A stretch of DNA of 64,000 nucleotides from Takakia lepidozioides (GCA_030704615.1 CM060731.1:59024001-59088000), one strand, 5' to 3'. Numbered from the stretch's first letter, positions 25,151-38,400 are shown. The notes: generated from the letters alone by a model not told the origin. A program made the numbers and translations.

Positions 25151-26174
25151 TAAATTTAAAAATTTATCGGCGCCATTTTTCCAGTTCGGGGCCGAAAATG
25201 GCTAAGTCCCAGATCTGACTGGGCCCAGAACCGAAAAAATGGCGCCGAATTTCCGATTTTGCTGCCAGCCACCCTAAGGACTTAGCCATTTTCGGCCCCG
25301 AACTGGAAAAATGGCGCCATTTTTCCAGTTCGGGGCCAAAAATGGCTAAGTCCTTAGGATGGCTGGGCGCGGAACTGGAAAAATGGCGCCGAATTTCCGG
25401 TTGCGGTTCTAGCCACCCTAGGGACTTACCCATTTTCAGGGGCTTGAACTGGAAAAATGGCGCCATTTTTCCATTTCGGGGCCAAAAATGGCTAAGTCCC
25501 AGATCTGACTAGGCCCGGAACTGGAAAAATGGCGCCGAATTTCCGATTTTGGTGCCAGTCAGATCTGGGACTTAGCCATTTTCGGCTCCGAACTGAAAAT
25601 GGCGGTTTTTTTTTTTTTATTTTTATTTAATTTTTCTCTGTTCGGGGCCGAAAATGGCTAAGTCCCAGATCTGACTGGGCCCGGAATTGGAAAAATGGCG
25701 CCGAATTTCCGATTTTGCTGCCAGCCACCCTAGGGACAGCCATTTTCGGCCCCGAACTGGAAAAATGACGCCATTTTTCCAGTTCGGGGCCGAAAATGGC
25801 TAAGTCCCAGATCTGATAGGGCGCGGAACTGGAAAAATGGCGCCGAATTTCCGATTTTGCTGCCAGCCACCCTAAGGACTTAGCCATTTTCGGCCCCGAA
25901 CTGGAAAAATGGCGCCATTTTTCCAGTTCGGGGCCGAAAATGGCTAAGTCCCAGATCTGACTGGGCCCAGAACTGGAAAAATGGCGCCGAATTTCCGATT
26001 TTGGTGCCAGTCAGATCTGGGACTTAGCCGTTTTCGGCCCCGAACTGGAAAAATAGCGTTTTGTTTTTTTTTGTTTTTTTTTTCCGGCGCCATTTTTCCA
26101 GTTCGGGGCCAAAAATGGCTAAGTCCCAGATCTGATTGGCACCAAAATCGGAAATTCGGCGCCATTTTTCCAGT
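24640..26174. repeat. foldback-type array I: nested inverted repeats around GGAAAAATGGCGCC, with poly-T spacers
   Basis: Repeated arms AATGGCTAAGTCCCAGATCTGACTGG / CCAGTCAGATCTGGGACTTAGCCATT; T-rich spacers near 25080, 25605 and 26060. Confidence 0.9.
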
Positions 26175-27050
26175 CATGCAGGTAACCCGAAGAGCGGATG
26201 GATGGAAATCCGGCGCCGGATTTCCATCCTCCAGGTAAGTCAGCGCTGCAAATTTCTGTCACGCAGGTTACTTGTGAGCGGATGGATGGAAATCCGGCGC
26301 ATGATTTCCATCCGCCAGGTACAAAATTTCCGTCATGCAGGTAATTCGGAGCGCGGATGGATGGAAATCCGGCGACGGATTTCCATCCTCCAGGTAAGTC
26401 GGCGCGCAAAATTTCCGTCATGCAGGTAATTCGAAGAGCGGATGGATGGAAATCCGGCGCCGGATTTCCATCCGCCAGCTAAGTCGGCGCGCAAAATTTC
26501 CGTCGTGCAGGTAATTCGAAGAGCGGATGGATGGAAATCCGGCGCCAGATTTCCATCCGCAAGGTAGGTCGGCGCGCAAAATTTTCATCATGCAGGTAAT
26601 TCGGAGCGCGGATGGATGGGAATCCGGCGCCGGATTTCTATCCTGCAGGTAAGTCGGCGCTGCAAATTTCCGTCATGCAGGTAATTTGAAGAGCGGATGG
26701 ATGGAAATCCGGCGCCGAATTTCGATCCTGTAGGTAACTCGGAGCGCCGAATTTCCGTCAGGCAGGTAATTCGGAGGGCGGATGGATGGAAATCCGGCGC
26801 CGAATTTTCATCCTGCAGATAACTCGGAGCGCCGAATTTCCGTCATGCAGGTAATTCAGAGAGCGGATGGATTAAAATCCGGTGCCGAATTTCCATCCTG
26901 CAAGTAATTTGGAGCCCGGATGGACGGAAATCCGGCGCCGAATTTCCATCCAGCAGGTACTTTGGATCGCTACTGGATGGAAATTCGGCGCCGAATTTCC
27001 ATCCGCCAAGTAAGTCGAAGCGCCGAATTACCATCCTGCAGGTAATTCTG
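26175..27050 (+). repeat. array II: 85-bp tandem repeat, each unit with a 30-bp palindrome
   Basis: Unit starts at 26334, 26419, 26504, 26589, 26674; core GGATGGAAATCCGGCGCCGGATTTCCATCC. Confidence 0.92.
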
Positions 27051-27149
27051 AGCGTGGCCGCTAGGTTTTTGGTCTAAAAAGACACTAAACCTCTAGTTTT
27101 TTGGCTGAAGTCCACTTTTAGACACGTTTTTCAGGGAATTCTCGACTGC

Positions 27150-28320
27150 TAGGGGGGAATCCGAACGGCCCCGGACGGAAATTCGGCGCCGTTTTTCCAT
27201 CCTGGGAGGTTTTTATGTCGGCCTATTTTCAGCCAGACCCCCTGACACGACTTCCTTTGGGGGGGCCCGGATGGAAATTCGGCGCCGAATTTCCATTCGG
27301 GGGATGCTCTCTGTCGGACAGGTGCCGGCCTCTCCGCCCGAAGCGACTTCATCCGGGCGTCCTCTGTTGGAAATTCGGTGCCGAATTTCCGTCCGGGGGT
27401 TGTAATTTGACGACCAGGTGCTGCCCTCTCCCCCCGAGCCGGTTGTATTCGAACAACCCCGGATGGAAATTCGGCGCCGTTTTTCCATCCGGAGAGGTTT
27501 TTATGTCGGCCACTTTTCGGCCTGACCCCCCGACAAGACTTCCTTTGTGGGGGCCCGGATGGAAATTCGGCGCTGAATTTCCATCCGGGAGATGCTCTCT
27601 GTCGGACAGGTGCCGGCCTCTCCGCCCGAGGCGACTTCATCCGGGCGTCCCCTGTTGGATATTCGGTGCCGAATTTCCGTCCGGGGGTTGTAATGTGACG
27701 GCCAGGTGCCGACCTCTCCCCCCGATCCGACTGCATCCGAACGGCCCCGAATGGAAATTCGGCGTTGTTTTTCCATTCGGGGAGGTTTTTATGTCGGCCA
27801 GTTTTCGGCCTGACCCCTCGACAGGACTTCCTTTGGGGGGGCCCGGACGGAAATTCGGCGCCGAATTTCCATCCGGGGGATGCTCTCTGTCGGACAGGTG
27901 TCGGCCTCTCCGCCCGAGGCGACTTCATCCGGGCGTCCCCTGTTGGATATTCGGTGCCAATTTTCCGTCCGGGGGTTGTAATGTGACGGCCAGGTGCCGG
28001 CCTCTCCCCCCGGGCCGACTGCATCTGAACGGCCCCGGATGGAAATTTGGCGCCGTTTTTCCATCCGGGGAGGTTTTTATGTCGGCCAGTTTTTGGCCTA
28101 ACCCCCCAACAGGACTTCCTTTGGGGGGCCCGGATGGAAATTCGGGTCTGAATTTCCATCCGGGGGATGTTCTCTGTCGGACAGGTGCCGGCCTCTCTGC
28201 CCGAGGCGACTTCAACCGGGCGGCCCCTGTTGGATCTTCGGTGCCGAATTTCCATCCGGGGGTAGTAATGTGACGGCCCGGTGCCGGCTTCTCCCCTTCA
28301 GCCGACATCATCCGGACGGC
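27150..28320 (+). repeat. array III: 288-bp GC-rich tandem repeat, about 4 copies
   Basis: Repeated 91-aa ORFs offset by 288 bp (27213, 27501, 27789); three GGAAATTCGGCGCCGAATTTCC-like sites per unit. Confidence 0.92.
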
Positions 28321-28419
28321 CCCCCACTTTCTGACTGCATACCGTTGGCAGTTATTGCGCAAAGACCAGGGGCCGCATTCCGGAGACAAGGTTCATTAAC
28401 ACTCTGACTGTGGATTTTT

Positions 28420-29240
28420 GAGATAGTTGGCTCCCTGGATTTGGATCAGGCTTTGTCGCACGGACAAATCGGCACTGCATCCCCCTTCTACCAGGGAGCT
28501 TGCCCGCACGCCATCCTGGCTGTCTTGAGTGCACATCTCCCATGGCGGAAAACCCGAGCGCTACAGTGTACTGCCCTCCTCACGAGCATAGAGCTTCATT
28601 TCCGTGCAGAGGGGACATCTGCCGTGTGATGGAGAAATATCTGTGCGTTCGATACCACCTGAAACCGGGGTCGGTTTTTTTGGAGGAGGAAAAGAAGGAC
28701 TCAAACGACGTTGTTGTCGAGAGTATTGTTGTGCTCCACGATGATTTCGGCGATGGCAGGGAATGACGAGTTCCACCATCAAACAGCGTCATATACAAGG
28801 CTGTTGGGGACTTCATTTGCCCGCCAAATGCACCTTCTATCCTAGCGCCTTCCACGAAACAATCCGCGAATCAGAGTGTGGGTACCTCAAAGAGAGAAGT
28901 CCGCAACGAAGTAAATCCAGAGCCGAACCCATCAATGAAGACGAGCGAGAACCGGGTTGTTCACAACCTGTCCGACTCAGACGAGGTCATGGAAGTTCCG
29001 AGATCGACCTGGAGATCAGGCAAGTCCTCAATAGACGTCAGTGGACGAGGGAGTCATATTCCCAGCACGAGCACTTCAGTTCAATCCATTCTTGAAATTC
29101 TGCGAGGGCTTCACATGGAGGGACACCGCTCGGAGCTGGCCGGGCTGGACTACAGCAAGTTCGCAATTAAATCGGTTACATGCTTTCCCGCAGACGTCGA
29201 CGGTAATATCTTCTTTGAATTCCCTCCTCGGGCGGCCTTG
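28420..29240 (+). pseudogene. fragment of an uncharacterised, probably transposon-encoded protein
   Basis: Coding-like frames 28500-28766 and 28878-29297 (LDYSKFAIKSVTCFPADVDGNIFFEFPP), lying between palindrome arrays. Confidence 0.35.
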
Positions 29241-29499
29241 CGAGAGGGCCTTCGGGACACGCCATTGCTTCGAAGAGGCCAACAGCCGATGCGTTGAGCG
29301 TGAACGAGCTGCACAAACTCCTCCTTAGGGATTCCAGAAATCATTGATGGGGCAAAGGGAATCCTCCATATGGATATTTTCAATTGCATTTTCATGTATT
29401 AGACTTTTTTTTGCAGTGTAATGAAATGCACCCCAAAACTCCTGGAATGAGGCAATACTCCATTCAAACTGAGATCCAACAGAAGCAGTTGTGGGGCCA

Positions 29500-29900
29500 T
29501 TTCTGGAAAAATGGCGCCGAATTTCTCTATTTTGGGCCGAAAACTGGCTATGTCCCAACATGCACTGGTCTGGATGTGTCTGGAAAAATGGCGCCGAATT
29601 TCCCTATTTTGGGCCGAAAACTGGCTAAGTCCGAACATGCACGGGAACGATGTCTGGAAAAATGGCGCCGAATTTCCAGTTACATGACCCAAAACTGCCC
29701 AACATCTGTGCAATCCCCGGCACACCATGTACCGAAATTCGGCGCCACATTTCCAAATTTTGGGCTTAAACACCTGTCATGAGGGGACCGATAGCCGCGG
29801 AATTCGGCACCATTTTTCGCCAGAGAGACCTATTACCGCGAAATACATCGCGGATTTTTTCCGGTTACGGACCCTATTACCGTGAAATTCGGCGCCATTT
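29500..29900. repeat. array IV: dispersed GGAAAAATGGCGCCGAATTT units
   Basis: Copies near 29505, 29582 and 29656; inverted copies near 29735, 29800 and 29884. Confidence 0.8.
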
Positions 29901-31689
29901 TTGCACATTCGCTGGGAATTGGCATGAGCGGAAGACGAAATATCATGAGCACAACTCTCAAAACTACAATTTTCCCTTCAAGGTGCCGAATAATATATTT
30001 GTTTTTTCTGACACATTGCATTAAATTAATGTTTTATAATGTTTTTTATTTTCGAAATCTGTACTTCTGCTCATGAAAACCGATTGTCTTGCTACTCCGC
30101 TCATGTCGCTCATGCCGCTCATGCTCATGAAATAGCTAACCTCGGCAGGGATAGCTGAGGACCAGGGATAGAGGGGTGAATGCACGGTTGACTGGACCAA
30201 AATGAACGTTACCAGCACAGTTTTAGATGACTGCAATTGATGATGTCATCAATTGAAATTGAATTAACTCATTAAAACCAGCAAATATATATGTCATTGA
30301 ATTCCTAGCTTCAATACGCACCCATAGAATCCGATAAGAAATTACTCCGCTATGGACTTTTGAACATTATCATTGTGGACTGTTACCGGAATGAATGGAA
30401 TTACAATGGACTCAAGTTCTCATATGTGCCATAAGTGAATTCCATTAAAATTTGGACATAAGGTGGTCATTTTGGTCCCATCATAGGTATGGATTTGAAG
30501 TGACAAAATCATTTGTCATTTGACTCGTATGGACCCATATATGTCAAACAAATAGGCATTTTTTGAAAAGTCTATAACTCATCTTGTTTTTTGGATTTTG
30601 GGTGTCATTTGTTTTCTAGAAGTATAAAAACCTATAATCTTCAATGACTAGGTGTCATATTGAATTTTTTTAGTAAACTCTAATTTTTAGTTTTTCATAA
30701 TTTCTCTAAATAATAGACTAAAATGTTTAATGAATTATATCTTTAATAAGATATACCTTGTAGCCTGACACGACCTTCACCTGGGGATCATACATTGAAC
30801 AATATCCGGGTCTCAGCCCGACTCTCAGCCCCAGCACCCAAACATTGGCACTGATGGAAGAAACGGATCTACTTCAAGGAAAGATGTCTGGCCAAGGTCT
30901 CTGGATCAAGGAGCCTCCCCCAGATCAGCCACCAACCAACAACAGGGCACTTATCAGATCAAGACAATTCATAAACGTAGCATTCACCCTGCTCTATGCC
31001 AGACTGGAGACAGAGGGAAAAGAAGCAAATGAGCAGATGGAGCTCCAGCGCGCACTGGAACCCCCTCGCCCCTCCTACAATCCTCAGAGCACTTCTCCTC
31101 TGTCAACGTCCTCGGACTCCAATCACAACTCTACACCAGACGAGCATGGCGTAGCGCAGCCTCCACCCCAGAATCATCCCACTCAGTCTTTACTAAATAT
31201 GTTCAGTATATCATTATCTATCATTAAAAAAAACATTTTGGGATAGTATCCTCAACTTTTGTTTTTTGGTCATGGACTTTCATGGAGCAGGATCTGCCGT
31301 TTTTGGTCCACTCAACCCTGCAACTGCCCAGAAGTCCAGATTCATCCAAGAGGGCCGGATTTCAAACACAAGTTTCTTTCTGCTTCTCTGTGGATCAATA
31401 GCTACAAGCAATCGCGTGGGTAGATGGTCAACTGGAAACAGCAGCGGCAGCAGTGCAATTGATAGAACAAGGTGCTGCTAATGAAGGTACCTTCTTCAAC
31501 ACATTTCAGCCTGTTTTTCCCTGTTATCAGAGTTTTTCCCTGTTTTTGCCTGAAGGAGCAGGGTATGTGGGTCCAGATTCATCCACAAGGGTTGGACTTC
31601 AGGCTCCAGATTATCTTGATTCCATGTGGGTCAGTAGCTACAAGAAACCTGCATGGGTAGATGATAAACTAAAGGCAGCAGCTGTAGCA

Positions 31690-31905
31690 GCACAGATGAT
31701 AAAATCAGGCGCCTCAACCATGACCACAACTTCTGAAAGAGGATCAAGAGAGGGAGTCCACAATGCCTCTTCTGGCACTTCTGGGCATGTGAAGATACTT
31801 TGTGCGGCAGACAACCTGACAGAGGCTCTACAGATTATAAACCAAGGAGGCATTTCAGCAGATTCAGATATGTATGTATGTCTCTTGCTTAAGTGCATCA
31901 AGATG
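31690..31905 (+). pseudogene. N-terminal fragment of a PPR-like protein
   Basis: KILCAADNLTEALQII.QGGISADSDMYVCLLLKCIK resembles the first motifs of plant PLS-class PPR proteins; abruptly truncated. Confidence 0.5.
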
Positions 31906-31923
31906 GAAGGTCTCGAAGCTCAC

Positions 31924-33432
31924 CTTCTCTTTCGCCTCCACACATGCCGTTGAGAGGTGATGCAGTTTCTCCAATTGCATGGTCGGCTGCATGGCCCGAG
32001 AATAGTGTTTTGCAATCTCGGGGATGAAGTCCTTTCCAAGTGCCGGATCTGCAATTGCCACCAGCTTCACAAGCTTTGACTTGTATTTGGTTCTGGACTT
32101 GACACCGGCTTCCTTCAAGTGCTCAGTCAATGACTGCAGCGTTTTGACCTGCCCCTCACTTTCCATGAAGAAGCGTTTGGCATGGGCCAAATCCAGCTTG
32201 ATGTTTGACTGCCAACAAAAACATGCAGAAGCGTTACATTCGATTCATGTGGAAACATTACTGAAAATTGGGGAAGGATGAGCAGAGGGAAATTGGAGGA
32301 CGGCTTACTTCGTATATCACCTCCACCATTCCATCCATAGTGAGACGATACCATGTCCGGTCTGTTTTTGCAACGGCTTTCTGAATGAGCTCGGGCTCCA
32401 GCATTTCCGCAAACATCTGCGGATCAGTGAGACCAGTTTTCCTCACCCTGTACAGCATGTGTGCCATGTGGGTATGCACGTACGCATTTTCAGTGACCCT
32501 GCAAGGCACACTCTCCAGTTCAGTACACGGAAGCACGGAAACAAACCAGAATGGAAACCGAAATGCGGCACCGCATTTCGAACGTGCTAGGGAGGGTATG
32601 AGTATCTTACGAGTTGAGGTCCGCCATGGCATTCTTGAGCAGGGAGGAGTCTGCCGCCTTCACCTTGAGGATGACACACTCCACCATGTAATGCCAGCCA
32701 ATGTGCTTGGCATGGTTCTGCTTGATGTACTCCCACCAGGCGAGAAGTCGGTGATTCCCGTCCCACACAAAGAACATTTTACCCGACATATGGCCGAAGT
32801 CGGGATCACCCTTCAGCGTCGCCTCGAATTCGTGGTTGCGAGTGTGCCAGTGGGTATCCCACGTTGACAATTCATCGGCAGTGGGTCCACGAGTTTCGCC
32901 GTCCTCATTCTCAATGGAAACGTAAAACGCTGCCAATCCCAGACGGTACCCTTCTCGAAATGCGAACTTGAGCTTATCCACATCTCCGGGAAGGGCCTGC
33001 CTGACGATGGGAAGGGAGACCATGCGACAGAGTGGGATTCGAAGAGTCCGCTGGAATACCCTGCTGCCCAGAACTCTGCCAATGCTACTGTGTGTCTCCT
33101 CCAACATTTTATCCGCTGCACTTTTGAAATCCTCCGGAGACATGTCTGTAGGTGCCGGTAGTGGCTGAGCAGCTGGAGCATCCTCAACTGGAGCTGCACT
33201 CTGGGGCCTGTCTGCGGGCAATTCTGCCATTGCAGAGGCCTCCTCCGGGCCTGCTTGCTCATTGGTGGTGAGGTCTTGCTGCGAAAGTTGAGCGGCAGCA
33301 CCCTCCTCCGGTACCAAATCGAGATCAACGGTCGATCCCATTGCCTTCGCTGTAGCAGAGTCGGCCCCAACATCTGCAGGCGGGAAATCCTCCAGGAACT
33401 GAGCTTCAGCTCGTGGAAGCGGTTTTGCGGGA
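31924..33432 (-). CDS. partial spliced gene encoding a ParB/Sulfiredoxin-fold domain protein
   Basis: Open frame with FFVWDGNHRLLAW. GT-AG introns 32499-32610 and 32209-32308 both splice in frame; a third donor GTGAG lies at 31923. 5' end runs into the gap; 3' exons missing. Confidence 0.72.
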
Positions 33433-33932
33433 NNNNNNNNNNNNNNNNNNNNNNNNNNNNNNNNNNNNNNNNNNNNNNNNNNNNNNNNNNNNNNNNNNNN
33501 NNNNNNNNNNNNNNNNNNNNNNNNNNNNNNNNNNNNNNNNNNNNNNNNNNNNNNNNNNNNNNNNNNNNNNNNNNNNNNNNNNNNNNNNNNNNNNNNNNNN
33601 NNNNNNNNNNNNNNNNNNNNNNNNNNNNNNNNNNNNNNNNNNNNNNNNNNNNNNNNNNNNNNNNNNNNNNNNNNNNNNNNNNNNNNNNNNNNNNNNNNNN
33701 NNNNNNNNNNNNNNNNNNNNNNNNNNNNNNNNNNNNNNNNNNNNNNNNNNNNNNNNNNNNNNNNNNNNNNNNNNNNNNNNNNNNNNNNNNNNNNNNNNNN
33801 NNNNNNNNNNNNNNNNNNNNNNNNNNNNNNNNNNNNNNNNNNNNNNNNNNNNNNNNNNNNNNNNNNNNNNNNNNNNNNNNNNNNNNNNNNNNNNNNNNNN
33901 NNNNNNNNNNNNNNNNNNNNNNNNNNNNNNNN
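33433..33932. other. assembly gap (500 N)
   Basis: Run of n. Confidence 1.
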
Positions 33933-36900
33933 CGCAACACACACACACGCATATATATATTCATGACTCCGGCCGGAGCTAGCATAAATAAGAGCCTCTT
34001 CCCCTTGCGGGTACTGCCCCCTTTCAAAGCTGCGCAACATAGTGCATAGTCCAAACTCCCGGGAATGGGGAAATTTCGCTCTCAGAAGTCACAAAGGGAA
34101 TTTCCTAGCACTATTGCTCCGATCTTTCAATGTAGTCCAGGGAACGGAGAAACTTTGCTCGAAACTTTGCTCCGGGGAATTTATATCTACAGAGGGAATT
34201 TTCGAGTAGTGCGTTACGTCCGGTCCAATCTTTCAATGTGTGGATGTAATGTTTCGTACTGCCCCCAATCCACCACCCACTTTCGATCAGTTAGAAGTTG
34301 GAACTTACAAGATGTTGCATTGGACAATCAAGATTTTTCTGACAGGGATGAAAATGGGGGAGAAAAGGGAAGTTTGTGAAGAGAGGAGTCCCGTGCAGAA
34401 GGGCGTTAGAAGTAAAGATAATGATAACAATGCTCTGCCCTTCATTAATATCTCCCAGTCTCTTGGCATTGGAGCTGCTAAACGGCTACAATTGCCTTTA
34501 TTGCACTCTGCACATCTTCCCCTAATTTTCAGGTCCCCACACCCAAACCCGCAATAAAGGGACCATCCAGAAATTAATGTAATAAATATACAAATAGGTA
34601 TTGGTCTTGCAGATCATGAGAATTCTTACAATCTGCAATGTGGGTATTTCAAGTCGCAATATTGGGTCATCTGCTATGCAATTTCCAACAAGAACCAGAC
34701 TGCTCCATGTTTTCGACGGGTGCGGAGTGTGTTCGTCATGGAAGAGATTTGGTCGGAGCGACTTGCGACCGATAATAATTTACGGGTTGTATTGACGCAC
34801 TCGCAATAAAATGACCGGATGAATTGAGTGGCAATAGGGGACGGATGACAATTGATGCCCTAGCACTTTTGTGCAGGACAGGATACAGCTCAGTGACACT
34901 CATTGACTGCACTTTCCTCTAACTAAAATTGACTTGATAGCAGAAATGAACCTCCCTCCCTTCCACTGAAATAAAACAAAACCGAAAACAAAAAAAAAAG
35001 CGGTATCCGGGCCTGCACTGTGTCACAGTTTGGAACAGGAAAATAAGATGTACATAGGTCTTTGTTTCAGTATATGACCTGGAGGATAGCAGGAACAGTG
35101 TCATTAAGACTGGCAAGTACATGTGCAGGGACACAAACACTCTGGAGCTATGACAGACAGTCCATGGTGCAAACGAAGCACCCTATGTAGCAGCCTTTAC
35201 TACTCTGAGCTCCTCTCTATCAGATTTGACGAGGTAGGTACATAGTCATCCTGACAACCAGCTGAGCTCCAATCTGTAGGCTATACAGCCTACCCAGTTG
35301 TGAAACCTGGAAGAAGAAGGACAGCACACCCGAGCACAATCTGACATGGATGGTACTTGAAGGAGATCATGGCCTTTTGGGTTCCTATTCTCTCTGCCAT
35401 GGCATGTCTGGCTTCTTTGCTACATACGGGAATCTGGTGTTGTTGAGGAGCAGGCCAGACTGGCCACTGCAAGGTGGGTCTAAATATATGGAGTAATGCC
35501 AAAGTCTGGCAATGGAACCACTCACTGTTCTTCTTCCTGCACTGCTGCGCGCTGCTCAAAGATTGAAGCTGCGACACATGAGCTGCTTGTCTATTGCAGG
35601 CACTTGTCTCTCGTGTCGTGCTTGCTGCCTATGGATAACAATTATCCCTTAACTTACTTACCCCACACGTTTGAGAGAATGGCTCCAGTGAGCCTTCCAG
35701 GCTGACGTTTGAAGAAACTTCCCTTTAACTTATTATCGGTGAGGGCTTTTAATATGGGCAAAAGATTTGAAATACCCAGCAAAGCATTCACCTTGAGGCT
35801 CGTAATCTCTATTCCATTCATTTCTGTGGGGCTTTTAATGCAAGCTGAAACTTAATTCTGAAAGTAGCCATGACTACTGATCATGTAGGTACTACTGAGA
35901 ATAAACCCCATAGAGGGCTCCATTACTATTTCAAATCGGTCTGATCAGTCTGGTGTGCAGTGTGCACTACTGTGAGTAAATTGACACAAGCATATCTTTG
36001 CCTGACAGAGTAATGTATACTTACTTGGGATTGTGTGAGAGACTTCCGCAAGGCTGACAGCTGTTCACAGTCAAGGATGGATCAGTTAGTTAGTAAATGA
36101 GAATTAGTTCGTTGTGAAGACTCGGATGGGATCCAGCTGTTGGATATTATATTACTAGATGACATTGAATATTAAATGTGCAACTAGGGTTTCCCTTAGT
36201 TCAAGTCTATCTATAGCAATCAGCTGACCATTTAACTCCATGCAGTTAGTTAGGATTAAATTCTTCTTGGCAAGGCTAGCACTACCTAATAATTCAGTTG
36301 ATTAAGTTCAGGGTGGGCCCTCTAGGTACTCATTCACCAACAATTGTCAGTCAATCTCTGATTGAATGCAATGGCAAAGGCTAATGCCTAGACACCCAGT
36401 AACTCCGTCTGCCAATTCTTCAATCATTCCCAGGCTGCTTCCTGATGGTGACCGAGCTCATAAGGATGTGAATTGCACGGCAAGGATTCGCATTCTCAGT
36501 GGTGCTTTGGGATGTGTGTCCATGCCAAGATGCTGCAAAGGTGCCCAGCGGCAGGCCCATCTTTTCAAGCATGCTTGCACTTAGCCTACTACGTCTACCC
36601 TTCGTGTTCTGCTTGCCTGCTGTCTTGGAGATTATTATTTGCCTGAAGCGCCTTTTCTACACCTACTGTGTTCTAGTATTGGCAACTTTTCACTTCACTT
36701 CCAGAAAGCTTTTGGTGCAATGGACAGAGGCTAATATGCGTGTGCTTAGCTCTGCATTCAAAACTTGCCTCCCTCCTATGAGATGGAGAAAGGAAGATTG
36801 ACGTCTAGAAGTCGTGGAAATGGAGGACCCACATGAGCAACCGTCTGTTTGTTTGTTTCCCTATTGTCAAACTGCAATGCTTAGCGGCCAGCTGCCCTCT

Positions 36901-37664
36901 GGATACAGTTGGACTGGTTTTGGAGACGCGGGTATGTCGTTGACGCCGCAATCTCTCGACGACTCGTCAATGCGAAGGGCCCACCATCCCACTTGTTTTT
37001 GCTTTTGACTGCGGCCTATCGTTGGACGTCAAACCTCCTTTCCTTTTCCTGTTATACTCTACTCAAGTCTTGGACTATTTACTCCTATAATTGGGCTTGG
37101 ACTTTCCAGATTTGACAGTGTCCAGACACGGGGAGCAGTGTGGTTTTTGACAGGTAGCCCTACCTTTTTTGTGACAGGTTAATTTTTTTTTTTACTTTCA
37201 CTGTGACAGGCAACTTTCAGAAAATGCCTTTCACATGACAGGTCTACAAGATTTTGACCTTTCACACAACCATGCCATATGAAATTAAAAATTAAAAATG
37301 AAAAGAAGTGTGTAGTTTGAAGTGTGAACTTCTTACACATCTTTGGGGGCTCAATCACTTAGACTATGTTGCTTGCTGGACCTTGGAAGACTCCTGGATC
37401 ATGCGCACCACACCTATAAAAGTGCAAATTGTTGGGGTCCTAATTATAAGTGCCCATCACAATATGTCCAACGGAGCGCGGAGGGGCTTGGACAACCAGT
37501 CTTTACATGTAGGCAAGGCACAAAACCAAAAGGCAAGGTATGCCATAGTGCTTGGGTCAACAATTGATTTTTAGACTAGGTACATTTTTGGCCTTAAAAG
37601 AGGATTGATGGTGTAAGGGTAAAGGCATCAGTGGCTATCAATAGCTGCATCCCCAAACTACTAC

Positions 37665-38400
37665 TGTCGCGCACCTCACTTCGGTAAGCTCCCCTTCAAG
37701 TCATAGTTACTCGCTTTGATGCGCGCGCCTAACTCCCAAACTGGCCGCCGGACCACCTCGGAGCTTCGCCTGCTCACCGGAACATAACGGTCCCCCTTTG
37801 CTCCTCCACAAGACCCTCTCTCACTTTGGGCCTAGTGGAAATTCGCTTTGGTTGTTGGCAGTCCGGAACAGCTCCCCACACCTTGGTCGCTTTTCGGCTC
37901 GCACGCTTACTCACTAGTTTTTGGTCACCAACGGGCTTGCACCGTTCTCGGGGTTACTACTCCATATATATACTTTTGTGACTGTCCACGGGGGTTTCAC
38001 AAATAATCCAGTCATTTTATGGCGAATCACACGAAGACCCTCTATTCCCGGTGATGAGTCGCGGTGAGTATTGGCCCACCCACCACGGCCCCATTGGACC
38101 GTGATAAGTCCCAAGACTCCCCACGACTCCCACCGCAAGGTCTTCCCCCCATGGTGAGTCCTATGCCACCCCCACTAAGACTCACTAAGCTACCACCACC
38201 CCTCGTGGAACCACCTCTACCGCAACCCGGTGTGCGGGGCTCCACCTAGTGAGCGCCTCCGCCTCCTTGAGTGCCTTGGGCACTCAAGGGTGCTTCAGCC
38301 CCCGTACCTATTGTTGTCACTGCCCCCACCACAGGAGCAGCCCTTCTTGTGTCCCGACCCCCTGCCCTAAAGGCAAAGGGCCGCGACAACTACGTAGATT
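37665..38400 (+). mobile_element. probable truncated LTR element: LTR-like 37665-38001 plus Pro-rich leader
   Basis: TGTCGCG...GTTTCACA with an internal TATATATA, then Pro-rich ORF 38064-38249. No second LTR or TSD. Confidence 0.35.

Noticed and set aside
24640-28320. CRISPR-like appearance of regularly spaced palindromes
   Set aside because: The spacers are themselves repeated rather than unique, there are no cas genes, and the context is eukaryotic.
32607-34054. Long ORFs running through X residues
   Set aside because: Artefact of the 500-N gap; only the part at or below 33432 is interpretable.
34560-37100. Possible host gene exons
   Set aside because: Only short ORFs with no recognisable motif or consistent splice chain.
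37580-37636. About 56-bp inverted match to 62654-62709 as TIRs of a 25-kb element
   Set aside because: No TSD or terminal motif found; more simply two copies of a dispersed repeat.
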